This document shows, piece after piece, positions 45,028 to 53,252 of a stretch of DNA of 64,000 bases (positions within the stretch are counted from its first letter, which is position 1; each line of letters opens with the position of its first letter). This DNA comes from Candidatus Daviesbacteria bacterium (GTDB lineage: Bacteria > Patescibacteriota > Microgenomatia > Daviesbacterales > UBA10151). A program made the translations under genes and the position numbers. The notes beneath the pieces were generated by a model that was given only the letters and a program-made list of their open reading frames with translations, was not told where the DNA came from and searched no databases. The stretch spans positions 14,607-78,606 of the forward strand of contig JACPKL010000001.1 in the NCBI GenBank assembly GCA_016187035.1, read 5' to 3'.

Positions 45028-46764
45028 TTACTTTGATGGGGTGAATTGTCTGAAGCCCATAAATTGACCTCTATCTCTTATCCTTTGTCTTTCTGCATAT
45101 TCCCTGCTCACTTTAACCCGCAGTCTTAAAATATCATCAGTTGTCACCGGAACCCATTCATCCTGATCCAACTTTTCATCAAGAGCAGTATTAATAAGGT
45201 TTTCCAACTCTGCCCCGCTAAACTGCTCAGTTTGATCACCAATAGCAACCCAATTAACATCTTGTGCAAATAAATTTTTATAACCTTCATGTGCCCTACT
45301 TACTGCAGCCTGGGCCTTACTTTCTAAAATAGCGGTCCTGCCTCGAGCCTCTGGTAATGGTACCTCTATAATCCTGTCAATACGGCCAGGCCGCATAATT
45401 GCAGGGTCTATTGCATTCGGCCTATTAGTTGTAGCAAGCAGTGTTACTCCTTTAGATTCAACCAATCCGTCAAGCCTTTGCAGAAAAATAGAAATGGTTT
45501 TAACGTCTTCCGGGTGTACTCCCTCTCTATTCTGAGTCACTGCATCAATCTCATCAACAAAAAGAATAACTTTTCTACCTGCTTTAACCCTTCTCACAGC
45601 ATCATCAAATATGGCATTAACTTTTTGGGCTGATTCATTGATCCATTTGCTGCCAATATTGGCTGCATTTATCTGGATAAAATCAGCATCTGTTTCAGAT
45701 TGTATAGCTCTGGCAATCATAGTCTTACCGGTTCCCGAAGGACCAACCAGCAAAACTCCTTTGGGAGGTTTTACTCCCCTGCGTTCATACTTTTCCGGCT
45801 CGTTGATTGCCCTAACCAGCCTTCTGCATTCTTGAACAGCACGATCCTGACCCTTTACGTCATTTAATGTTAATTTTTCCGGAACAACCTGTTCCTTGGT
45901 CAGAACCCTAGGCTCTGGCTCTGCAGCACTTTGTAATTCTATTAATATATCTTCTGCTTTATTAGGTGGTCTTAAATTTATCTCAACTCGCGGAGTTACG
46001 TCTGCTTCTTTATACAAAACTTGAATCATATATGCTAATCCCTTTCTATAAAATTCTGTTTGTTCGTAAAACTCTGTTTTATCCTGGGGAATGGTTGGAC
46101 TAGCAACTGCCAAAAAGTCACCGGCTAATCTGGCTTTGCTGGATAAGTGGATAGATATTTGAGTATTGTTCTTAGTTACCGCCTCTGCTGCCTGCTTTCT
46201 TGCTTGTTCCTCCAACTGCTGTGGATCAGTAATCTGCCCAGCATACGTCTGTCTATTTAGGTTATACTCATACTGGTAATAACTCTCTCTAGAAGGCCAT
46301 CCTAGGATCATCTCAATTCCATAATCTTTATTATCCGGACCATAAATCATAATACGCTGATTACCATTACCTATATCTCCAAAACGGGCATTTATTCTGT
46401 CTTTTTGGAAAATTGCCATAAGATTGTGTATTCTGTCCGGGTTATAATACCCGCCATTATTCTTTTCAATCTGCTTAGCGGTAAGGTACAAAGATGTATA
46501 GTATCCATAGTTATCTACAGGGAAAATATCTCCTTTTCTTCGTACATCAACCTCTGTATGCTCACTTGAAAAAAGATCATCGTTCAAAACGGTATTACTT
46601 AATGGGTTTTCTCCAGTTCTTCCTGAACTTACATTAATAGCTGCAAATATAAGATCTGGCTGGGAAACGTTTACCCTGACAAAACCTTGAGGGCGTTCTG
46701 CACTAGGATCTCCAACAGGAAGTCTAGAAGGCTCAGATGGAGGCGGAACAGGTACTTCACTCAT
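45028..46764 (-). CDS. Classic-clade AAA+ ATPase with a ~300-aa N-terminal domain of unknown family (no TM helix, no protease domain)
   Basis: C-terminal half has GPSGTGKTMIARAI (Walker A), ILFVDEIDA (Walker B) and ATTNRPNAIDPAIMRPGRIDR (SRH). I recognise no motif in the N-terminal 300 aa. Confidence 0.8.
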   Translation of the reverse strand: MSEVPVPPPSEPSRLPVGDPSAERPQGFVRVNVSQPDLIFAAINVSSGRTGENPLSNTVLNDDLFSSEHTEVDVRRKGDIFPVDNYGYYTSLYLTAKQIEKNNGGYYNPDRIHNLMAIFQKDRINARFGDIGNGNQRIMIYGPDNKDYGIEMILGWPSRESYYQYEYNLNRQTYAGQITDPQQLEEQARKQAAEAVTKNNTQISIHLSSKARLAGDFLAVASPTIPQDKTEFYEQTEFYRKGLAYMIQVLYKEADVTPRVEINLRPPNKAEDILIELQSAAEPEPRVLTKEQVVPEKLTLNDVKGQDRAVQECRRLVRAINEPEKYERRGVKPPKGVLLVGPSGTGKTMIARAIQSETDADFIQINAANIGSKWINESAQKVNAIFDDAVRRVKAGRKVILFVDEIDAVTQNREGVHPEDVKTISIFLQRLDGLVESKGVTLLATTNRPNAIDPAIMRPGRIDRIIEVPLPEARGRTAILESKAQAAVSRAHEGYKNLFAQDVNWVAIGDQTEQFSGAELENLINTALDEKLDQDEWVPVTTDDILRLRVKVSREYAERQRIRDRGQFMGFRQFTPSK

Positions 46765-46900
46765 AATAGGTCTAAGTTAAACATACCACACAGGGACTAT
46801 ATAAAGCCAATCATTTCTTCCAGAACTCCTGAGGTATTTAGTTTTTTTGCCCATTTTCGGCTGTTTTCTTCATTGGGATTATTATACAATATCGCGGCTT

Positions 46901-47635
46901 ATGACAGATGTAATTTTAGAGGTAAAAAATTTAAGAAAGAAGTTTGGCAAATTTGAAGCTGTCAAAGGAATCAGCTTTAATTTAAAAAAGGGTGAAATCT
47001 TAGGATTGTTAGGCCCCAATGGAGCTGGTAAAACCACTACTATCCAGTCTATTTTAGGCTTGATTCATCCTACCTCCGGTGTAGTTTCAATTTTTGGTAA
47101 AAAAATGCCCGGGGACAGGGAGGAAATTTTATCCCGTGTTAATTTTTCTTCTGCTTATGTTTCTTTGCCTACTAATCTAAAAATTTGGGAGAATTTATAC
47201 ACCTTTGCCAGATTATATAATGTACCTGACTTTAAACAAAAAGTAAAAGATTTGGCAGGCTTTTTCCAAATTAATGATTTAATGGGCAAAATGTATGGTA
47301 CCCTATCCTCTGGCCAAGCCACCAGAGTAAATCTGGTTAAAGCTCTGCTTAATTCTCCCCAGTTATTATTTTTAGATGAACCAACTGCCTCTTTGGACCC
47401 TGATATTGCTGACAGGGTAAGAAGGTATTTAAAAATTTTTCAAAAACAGGATAATTTAACTATTCTTTATACTACCCATAATATGGGGGAGGTGGAGGAA
47501 CTTTGTGACCGTGCTATTTTTATTAATGAGGGCAAAATTATTACCCAAGGCACACCTAAACAGTTGGTTAGAAGGTTTGGGAAAAAGGATCTAAATGAAG
47601 TATTCATTAAAATTGCCAGGGAGAAACACCTGTGA
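46901..47635 (+). CDS. ABC transporter ATP-binding protein (paralog of 24959-25705)
   Basis: ATG at 46901 (MTDVILEVKNL) is preferred over the TTG at 46847. Walker A GPNGAGKTT, LSSGQATR, LLFLDEP. Confidence 0.85.
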   Translation: MTDVILEVKNLRKKFGKFEAVKGISFNLKKGEILGLLGPNGAGKTTTIQSILGLIHPTSGVVSIFGKKMPGDREEILSRVNFSSAYVSLPTNLKIWENLYTFARLYNVPDFKQKVKDLAGFFQINDLMGKMYGTLSSGQATRVNLVKALLNSPQLLFLDEPTASLDPDIADRVRRYLKIFQKQDNLTILYTTHNMGEVEELCDRAIFINEGKIITQGTPKQLVRRFGKKDLNEVFIKIAREKHL

Positions 47636-48423
47636 ACATTAACCGTATTTATGCTTTGATAATGCGTTATTTATATCTTTATCCCCGTTCTGTTCCCAGA
47701 ATTTTGGATATTTTCTTCTGGCCAATGGTGGAACTTTTGATTTGGGGCTTTTTAACTTTATATTTACAGCAATCCAGACTGGCTATTCCCAATTTCATTA
47801 CTGCTTTACTGGGAGCTTTAATATTTTGGAATTTTATCCAAAGATCCCAGCAGGCTGTATCCATTGCTTTTTTGGAAGAAGTTTGGGAAAGAAATTTATT
47901 AAATATTTTTGTCACCCCTTTAAGAATTAGTGAATTCCTAATAGCAACTGTTTTTGTGGGTATAGTCAGGCTTATCTTGATTGGGTTAACCCTGGGTGTG
48001 CTGGCCTATTTATTATTTAAGTTTAATATTTTCTTTTTTGGCTTTTTACTTATCCCTTTTATATTAAATCTATTTTTGTTTGGCTGGATTTTAGGACTGC
48101 TTGCCACTTCAATTATCATGAGGTTTGGCCAGAGTGCCCAGGTATTGGCTTTTGCCCTCACCCTACTTTTACAACCCTTTATGGCGGTTTTTTATCCGGT
48201 ATCAGTTTTACCTAAGGCTTTACAATATTTTGCTAACCTGATTCCAGCCACCCATGTTTTTGAAGGAATGAGAGTAGTGGTATTTAGCGGACAGATACCA
48301 TTAACCAGTTTATTTTTTGCAACCGTGCTAAACATCGTCTGGTTTATTATTGCCATAATAATATTTTTTAAAATGTTTGATTATATTTTGGAAACAGGAC
48401 AACTGATGAAGCTGGTAGATTAA
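47632..48423 (+). CDS. ABC-2 type transporter permease (paralog of 24180-24962)
   Basis: MNINRIYALIMRYLYL..., collinear with the other permease (..ATHVFEGMRVVV versus ..ISHVFEGMRYVI). Confidence 0.8.
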   Translation: MNINRIYALIMRYLYLYPRSVPRILDIFFWPMVELLIWGFLTLYLQQSRLAIPNFITALLGALIFWNFIQRSQQAVSIAFLEEVWERNLLNIFVTPLRISEFLIATVFVGIVRLILIGLTLGVLAYLLFKFNIFFFGFLLIPFILNLFLFGWILGLLATSIIMRFGQSAQVLAFALTLLLQPFMAVFYPVSVLPKALQYFANLIPATHVFEGMRVVVFSGQIPLTSLFFATVLNIVWFIIAIIIFFKMFDYILETGQLMKLVD

Positions 48424-49412
48424 AAATAATCAAGTTTCATCATCTTTTTAACTTCTGCTAAAGTTTTTTGGGCTTCTGCTCTTATCTTTTCTGTCCCTTT
48501 TCTTAGGATCTCATCTACCAAATCAGGTTTATTCTCATACTCAGCCCTTTTTTTCCTAATAGGTTCCAGAAAATTATTTAAAACTTTAGTAAGGTACTTT
48601 TTTACCTCAACATCGCCTACTTGGCCTTTTGTGTATTGTTCTTTATAACTTGTTACTTGTGCCTTGTCATCTTCTGTACCAAAGGCATCCAGATATATAA
48701 AAACAGGGTTGCCTCCAACAGTTCCGGGATCTGTGGGATGTATTCTTTTTGGATCTGTATACATACCCATGACCTTTTTTTCTACTTCTTCTTGGGTATC
48801 TGTTAGGAAAATAGCATTACCCAATGATTTGCCCATCTTAGCCTGCCCGTCAGTACCAGGCAGAGTTGGCACCTCTCCTATTAAAGGTTCTGGGATGGGA
48901 AAAACCTCCCCATATTGGTCATTAAACTTTTGGGCAATGTCTCTGGCAAACTCCACATGAGCCTTTTGATCCTTACCCACAGGCACCAAATTGGCTCTGG
49001 GAAGCAAAATATCAGCAGCCATTAAAACCGGGTAGTAAAAAAGTCCAACAGTATCTTCAGACCCCTGGTCCAGTTTTTCTTTTAAAGCAGGCTGCCTGGC
49101 AATTAAACTTCTGGGAGTAAGCAGGCTAAGAAAATATGCCAGCTCCAAAACCTCCGGCACTTTGGATTGAACAAAAAAAGTTACTCTCTCAGGCTCTAAT
49201 CCAACTGATAAATACCCAAGCATCAGCCCCCTGATATTTGATTCTAATTCCCGGGTTCTATTAAAATGAGTAGTCAAAGCATGAAGATCAACCAAAGGGA
49301 TAAACATTTCATATTCCTGTTGCAGCTTAACTCTATTTTTTAATGACCCCACATAATTACCTAAATGAAAACTATCATAAGTAGGCCTATCCCCTGTTAA
49401 AATCCTTTTCAT
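48420..49412 (-). CDS. trpS: Tryptophan--tRNA ligase
   Basis: Class I motifs GDRPTYDSFHLGNY (HIGH-like) and KMGKS (KMSKS). 330 aa. A 21-nt heptamer module encodes DKAQVTS. Confidence 0.9.
   Translation of the reverse strand: MKRILTGDRPTYDSFHLGNYVGSLKNRVKLQQEYEMFIPLVDLHALTTHFNRTRELESNIRGLMLGYLSVGLEPERVTFFVQSKVPEVLELAYFLSLLTPRSLIARQPALKEKLDQGSEDTVGLFYYPVLMAADILLPRANLVPVGKDQKAHVEFARDIAQKFNDQYGEVFPIPEPLIGEVPTLPGTDGQAKMGKSLGNAIFLTDTQEEVEKKVMGMYTDPKRIHPTDPGTVGGNPVFIYLDAFGTEDDKAQVTSYKEQYTKGQVGDVEVKKYLTKVLNNFLEPIRKKRAEYENKPDLVDEILRKGTEKIRAEAQKTLAEVKKMMKLDYF
48648..48668. repeat. Heptamer module ACTTGTT-ACTTGTG-CCTTGTC (in trpS)
   Basis: The 20-mer ACTTGTTACTTGTGCCTTGT is identical to 52002-52021. 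A variant lies at 52266-52286 in the SucD-like 3' end. Confidence 0.8.
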
Positions 49413-49458
49413 GATACTCTTTTATTCTATCTTATTCCAGTGGCGATTGATAGGAGTA

Positions 49459-50214
49459 TTAGACCCTTCTAGCAATAATATTATGATACCTACCACTTTT
49501 TGTCCCAACTCTTTGCATTTTTTCGTAATGAACAACTTCGAAACCAGCGAAGATAAGCGCATTCATTAATTCTGGTTTTGTATAGTAGGCAATGAAACGA
49601 GGATTCCCCATACCATAGCTAGTTGAAAAATGCTCAGAACTACCTCTTAACATCCCCATACCTAAGATACCTCCAGACACTAAGGTCTCTCCAATCTCTG
49701 CCAATGTTTGTACAAACTCAGTTTTTGGGACATGAATTAATGAGGTGTATGCCCAAGCTCCATCAAAAACACCTCTACTAAAGGGGAGCCTGCGAAAATC
49801 TCCTTGCACTGTAGTAAATCCTCTTTCAGACGTTAACCTTGTCATACTTACACAAGCATCTAGACAGATAACTTCTAACCCAGTCAGCGACAATAATTTG
49901 CTATCCCATCCTGGGCCACTTCCTACATTTAAGACTCTCCCATTCGGTGGTAAATGGTTTCTATAGTTTTCAATAAATCCCAGTGGAAATCTCCTCCAGA
50001 ATCTGGCAGCTTCTCGATCATACACAACTGCCATTGTTTCATAAGCTTGGTGAGTAAGTGATAAGGCATCTGGCTTAATTCTTTGATAAAGCGTAGCTGG
50101 AAAGCTACCTAGCTTATCTTGCGTTACTCTGACCTCTTCAACGGCTACCATCGCATTAAAAAGAAGAGTATTTGTGGCACTCTGTCTCTCAATTGAATCA
50201 GGTGATATTGGCAT
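49459..50214 (-). CDS. Class I SAM-dependent methyltransferase
   Basis: Motif I VLNVGSGPGWDS. K-poor composition unlike its neighbours. Confidence 0.7.
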   Translation of the reverse strand: MPISPDSIERQSATNTLLFNAMVAVEEVRVTQDKLGSFPATLYQRIKPDALSLTHQAYETMAVVYDREAARFWRRFPLGFIENYRNHLPPNGRVLNVGSGPGWDSKLLSLTGLEVICLDACVSMTRLTSERGFTTVQGDFRRLPFSRGVFDGAWAYTSLIHVPKTEFVQTLAEIGETLVSGGILGMGMLRGSSEHFSTSYGMGNPRFIAYYTKPELMNALIFAGFEVVHYEKMQRVGTKSGRYHNIIARRV

Positions 50215-50226
50215 ATTTTCCTTTTT

Positions 50227-50259
50227 TAAAACGAAAAAACCGCTTCTTGGGAAGCGGTT
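50227..50259 (-). terminator. Rho-independent terminator
   Basis: Minus strand AACCGCUUC-CCAA-GAAGCGGUU followed by UUUUUCGUUUU. Lies ~200 nt downstream of the vapC stop and immediately upstream of the methyltransferase start. Confidence 0.75.
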
Positions 50260-50464
50260 TCAAGTCTTTCTAGATTCTTTTAGAATCTTTAGACACTCGA
50301 ACCGTTCCCCTTTGTAAAGAGGCGGCGTTGCCAAACAACAATTTGTTTAAAAAACTTCATTGTATTTAAACTAAAAACATCCCCTATGGGATATTTCTAT
50401 AGTAATTTTAACCACAAACAAAATACTCTGTCAATAGGGATTATACTATGGGGCTTAATTAAAA

Positions 50465-50851
50465 TCAAACTTTAGCGAACTGCTTTTCTAGCTTATCATC
50501 AAACGTTCTAAAATCTTCAACCTTGAGCTTCTTCGCATAAAGTAGGTTATAGCAATCTTCTATTTCTAATGTAGTGTTTCTGAATAAATGCAAAACCTCA
50601 AACAATAAATCTCGATTTTCAATATTAAGACTTAAGGTCAGTATCTTGTATAAAGCCTCAGTCAAACTATCTCTATCTTGACCATAACTAGCTTCCAAAA
50701 CCCAGGCTACCTCAAAAAAGACCACCACGGAAGTTATCAATTCCAATTCACCTCGAGCTGCTTTGAGAAATAGCTCTTTAGACTGCTGGTAATGAGAATC
50801 AATATCATTTAGCAAAAATCTAAGGAAGTAGTTTGTATCAACAAAAGTCAT
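50465..50851 (-). CDS. vapC: PIN-domain toxin VapC
   Basis: MTFVDTNYFLRFLLND, with acidic residues spaced as in a PIN domain. Overlaps the antitoxin by 4 nt. Confidence 0.8.
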   Translation of the reverse strand: MTFVDTNYFLRFLLNDIDSHYQQSKELFLKAARGELELITSVVVFFEVAWVLEASYGQDRDSLTEALYKILTLSLNIENRDLLFEVLHLFRNTTLEIEDCYNLLYAKKLKVEDFRTFDDKLEKQFAKV

Positions 50852-51108
50852 TTAATGTGGTATTTTCTTAAAAAATGTTCTTCTTTGGCTTTTCTAACAA
50901 CTTCCTTAATACTGTTACCATACCATCTCTTAGGCAAAGCTACTGATCCAGCAAGCTCCTCCACCACCCTTTCAGCTGGAGTAATCTTTAAAGACCCATT
51001 TTCCTCTGATACCATCACCCTTTGTCCGATTTTGAGCCTAGCTCTTTCAAAAATCTTGGCAGGGATAGTTAATTGTTTTTTGCCAGTAATTGTAGCTATC
51101 TGAACCAT
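50848..51108 (-). CDS. vapB: AbrB/MazE/SpoVT-type antitoxin
   Basis: ITGKKQLTIPAKIFERARLKIGQRVMV, a swapped-hairpin barrel motif. Confidence 0.75.
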   Translation of the reverse strand: MVQIATITGKKQLTIPAKIFERARLKIGQRVMVSEENGSLKITPAERVVEELAGSVALPKRWYGNSIKEVVRKAKEEHFLRKYHIK

Positions 51109-51200
51109 AGTAAGGAAATTATACTATTGCAAGGAAGGAATGTCAATATCAAGGCAAGAAACTAATTAGTTCTTCCCCTTGGCTGGGAAATACTGAATAG

Positions 51201-51950
51201 CTACCAAGGCAATTTTCTGGGTGAAGTCCCATCATATTCAATCTCTTCACTAGGTATTCTTCTGAATGGTTTTTCTCTGACCCATTCTTCAAATACATGG
51301 GCTATGAGTCCTACTACCCTACCGATTAAGAAAAATCCCTTGCCTAACCTGTAGTCAAAGCCCATATCAGAAATAACAGCTGCTATGGCTCCATCCACAT
51401 TAACAGGTATTTTTTTACCTTTCTTTTGCTCTAAAACCTGTTCTACTTTAACTGCCAACTCACAATATTCCCCAAAAAAACCTAATTTTTTAGCCTTTTC
51501 AAAAATCTGTTTAGCTCTGGGATCCTCCGTCTTATAAACTTTGTGTCCAAATCCAGCAATTCTGTCTCCTGCTGCTAATACTTTTTCCACCAATTTTTCA
51601 GCAGACAGGCCCATCTGCAGCAGTCTGGCACATTCTTCAATTGCTCCTCCATGATATTCCCCTATTCCTAATACTCCTGCTGCCACAGCAGCCTGCATGG
51701 GATTGCCGGCAGAGGCAGAATTCCTGGCATTAGTTGTGGATGGCGGACCCATGCCATTATCAATGGTGGAGATTAAAATAGCATCCAGCATAGCTTTCTC
51801 TTTTTCTGTAGGCAGCTCCCCTTTTAATTCCAGCCAGATAGCCGCTGTGAAGTTTACCTTATCCATCAACTCAGTCACTTTATAACCATGAATCAAAGTC
51901 TCCCCATCAACAATTCCAGCAATAGATGTTTTCCACTTTTTATCAGACAT
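51201..51950 (-). CDS. Short citrate-synthase-family protein (citryl-CoA lyase-like)
   Basis: GFGHKVYKTEDPRA citrate-synthase signature in a ~250-aa protein. ATG at 51950 (MSDKKWK) is preferred over the TTG at 51986. Confidence 0.65.
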   Translation of the reverse strand: MSDKKWKTSIAGIVDGETLIHGYKVTELMDKVNFTAAIWLELKGELPTEKEKAMLDAILISTIDNGMGPPSTTNARNSASAGNPMQAAVAAGVLGIGEYHGGAIEECARLLQMGLSAEKLVEKVLAAGDRIAGFGHKVYKTEDPRAKQIFEKAKKLGFFGEYCELAVKVEQVLEQKKGKKIPVNVDGAIAAVISDMGFDYRLGKGFFLIGRVVGLIAHVFEEWVREKPFRRIPSEEIEYDGTSPRKLPW

Positions 51951-51959
51951 AATAGTAAC

Positions 51960-52024
51960 TAGTAACAAGTACAGTAAAGGTAACAAGTTGAAATAAAAAT
52001 AACTTGTTACTTGTGCCTTGTTAC
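51960..52024. repeat. Long imperfect hairpin built from heptamer modules (ACTTGTT/ACTTGTG/CCTTGTT and complement)
   Basis: TAGTAACAAGTACAGTAAAGGTAACAAGT - tgaaataaaaata - ACTTGTTACTTGTGCCTTGTTACTA. Lies between the four-helix-bundle fragment stop and the ccl-like start. Confidence 0.7.
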
Positions 52025-52263
52025 TATTTCTGTGAAATGTATAACCTCCAAATTATATGTCCTGTTTCTGATCTTAGCAAGCAGACATCCTGAAATTCTG
52101 TTTCTTTTATTAATTTTCTCTGGTAAGAAAACTCAAGCAAATATTCCGTTTCTGCAAGCGAGCCTAAGGCTATAGATAAAAATCTATAAAATTCTTTCTT
52201 ACTGTTTCTAGCATGCCCTTCAACAATGTTTGTTGGAACTGATAAGCACGCTCTTTGTAGTTG
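52024..52263 (-). pseudogene. 5'-truncated four-helix-bundle protein gene (23S rRNA intervening-sequence protein family)
   Basis: Not in the ORF track (contains no Met). Own translation: QLQRACLSVPTNIVEGHARNSKKEFYRFLSIALGSLAETEYLLEFSYQRKLIKETEFQDVCLLRSETGHIIWRLYISQK then stop. Matches the family core RA..S...NI.EG..R.S.KEF..FL.IA.GS..E. It begins right after the SucD-like stop, and roughly 40 N-terminal codons are absent. Confidence 0.7.
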
Positions 52264-53169
52264 TTACTTGTCACTTGTGCCTTGTTGCTTTAGTAATTCT
52301 GGGATTTCATCTGGAGTTTTGGCAATAATAACTCCAGCTGCTTTTAAGGCTGTTATTTTTGATTTATAACTGCCCTTATCACCATAAACTATGGCTCCTG
52401 CATGACCAAGTTTTGTACCTTGGGGCAACTTTTCGGCAAATAACCCTGAGATAAAGGCTACCACTTTTTTGCTAAACTTACCACTTTTAATAAGCTGTGC
52501 AGCCTCTTCTTCATAAGTTCCCCCAATTTCTCCAAATAAAACTACTGCTTTAGTTTGCTCATCTTTTTCAAAGTCTACCAATAAATCAGCAAAGCTTGAC
52601 CCCACCAGTATATCTCCTCCAATACCCACAACAGTTGATTGCCCAATGCCATTTTTGGTTAGAATCCAGGATACCTCAGATGCCATTCCCCCGCTTTTAG
52701 AAATTATCCCCACATTTCCTTTAGAATAAACGCCTCTGGGATCATCCCCGCCAATTGAGCCCACTTTACCTATACCTGGAGAAATAATCCCAATAGATGA
52801 GGGGCCTACAATTCTCACTCCATTTTGTTTGGCTAAAGCTATGGCCTTGGCGCTATCTGCTATTGGAATATGTTCTGTTAAAACATTGATTAGAGGAATT
52901 TTGTTATTGATTGCCTCTTCTATTGCACCAAAGGCGGCAAAATTTGGCACAGCTATGAAAGAGGTATTAATCCCGGGGTGATTATCCAATGCTTCAGAAA
53001 CTGTATTATATACAGGTATTCCGGAAACCTCATATCCACCCTTACCAGGAGTTACTCCGGCTAAGACTTTAGTTCCATAATTCCTCATCTGTAAGGCTGC
53101 TTTAGAGCCTTCTTTACCAGTGATACCCTGGATTAAAACCTTAGTCTTTTCTGTTACTAAAACACTCAT
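52264..53169 (-). CDS. Succinyl-CoA synthetase alpha-subunit family protein (CoA-binding plus CoA-ligase domains)
   Basis: VLIQGITGKEGS, SKSGGMASEV and phosphohistidine loop LGHAGAIV. The C-terminal QQGTSDK is encoded by a heptamer module. Confidence 0.8.
   Translation of the reverse strand: MSVLVTEKTKVLIQGITGKEGSKAALQMRNYGTKVLAGVTPGKGGYEVSGIPVYNTVSEALDNHPGINTSFIAVPNFAAFGAIEEAINNKIPLINVLTEHIPIADSAKAIALAKQNGVRIVGPSSIGIISPGIGKVGSIGGDDPRGVYSKGNVGIISKSGGMASEVSWILTKNGIGQSTVVGIGGDILVGSSFADLLVDFEKDEQTKAVVLFGEIGGTYEEEAAQLIKSGKFSKKVVAFISGLFAEKLPQGTKLGHAGAIVYGDKGSYKSKITALKAAGVIIAKTPDEIPELLKQQGTSDK
52266..52286. repeat. Heptamer module ACTTGTC-ACTTGTG-CCTTGTT (3' end of the SucD-like gene)
   Basis: Third copy of the module. 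Together with 51960-52024 it brackets the truncated four-helix-bundle gene. Confidence 0.75.
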
Positions 53170-53202
53170 ATGAATTCTTTACTCCTTTTTTTATCTTCGT
53201 AG

Positions 53203-53252
53203 ATTTAAGATGTAAGAATTAAGAATTAAGATCTTAAATCGTAAATCATAAA
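53203..53252. repeat. Intergenic heptamer tract with central palindrome TTAAGATCTTAA
   Basis: ATTTAAG ATGTAAG AATTAAG AATTAAG ATCTTAA ATCGTAA ATCATAA ATC. Confidence 0.7.
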
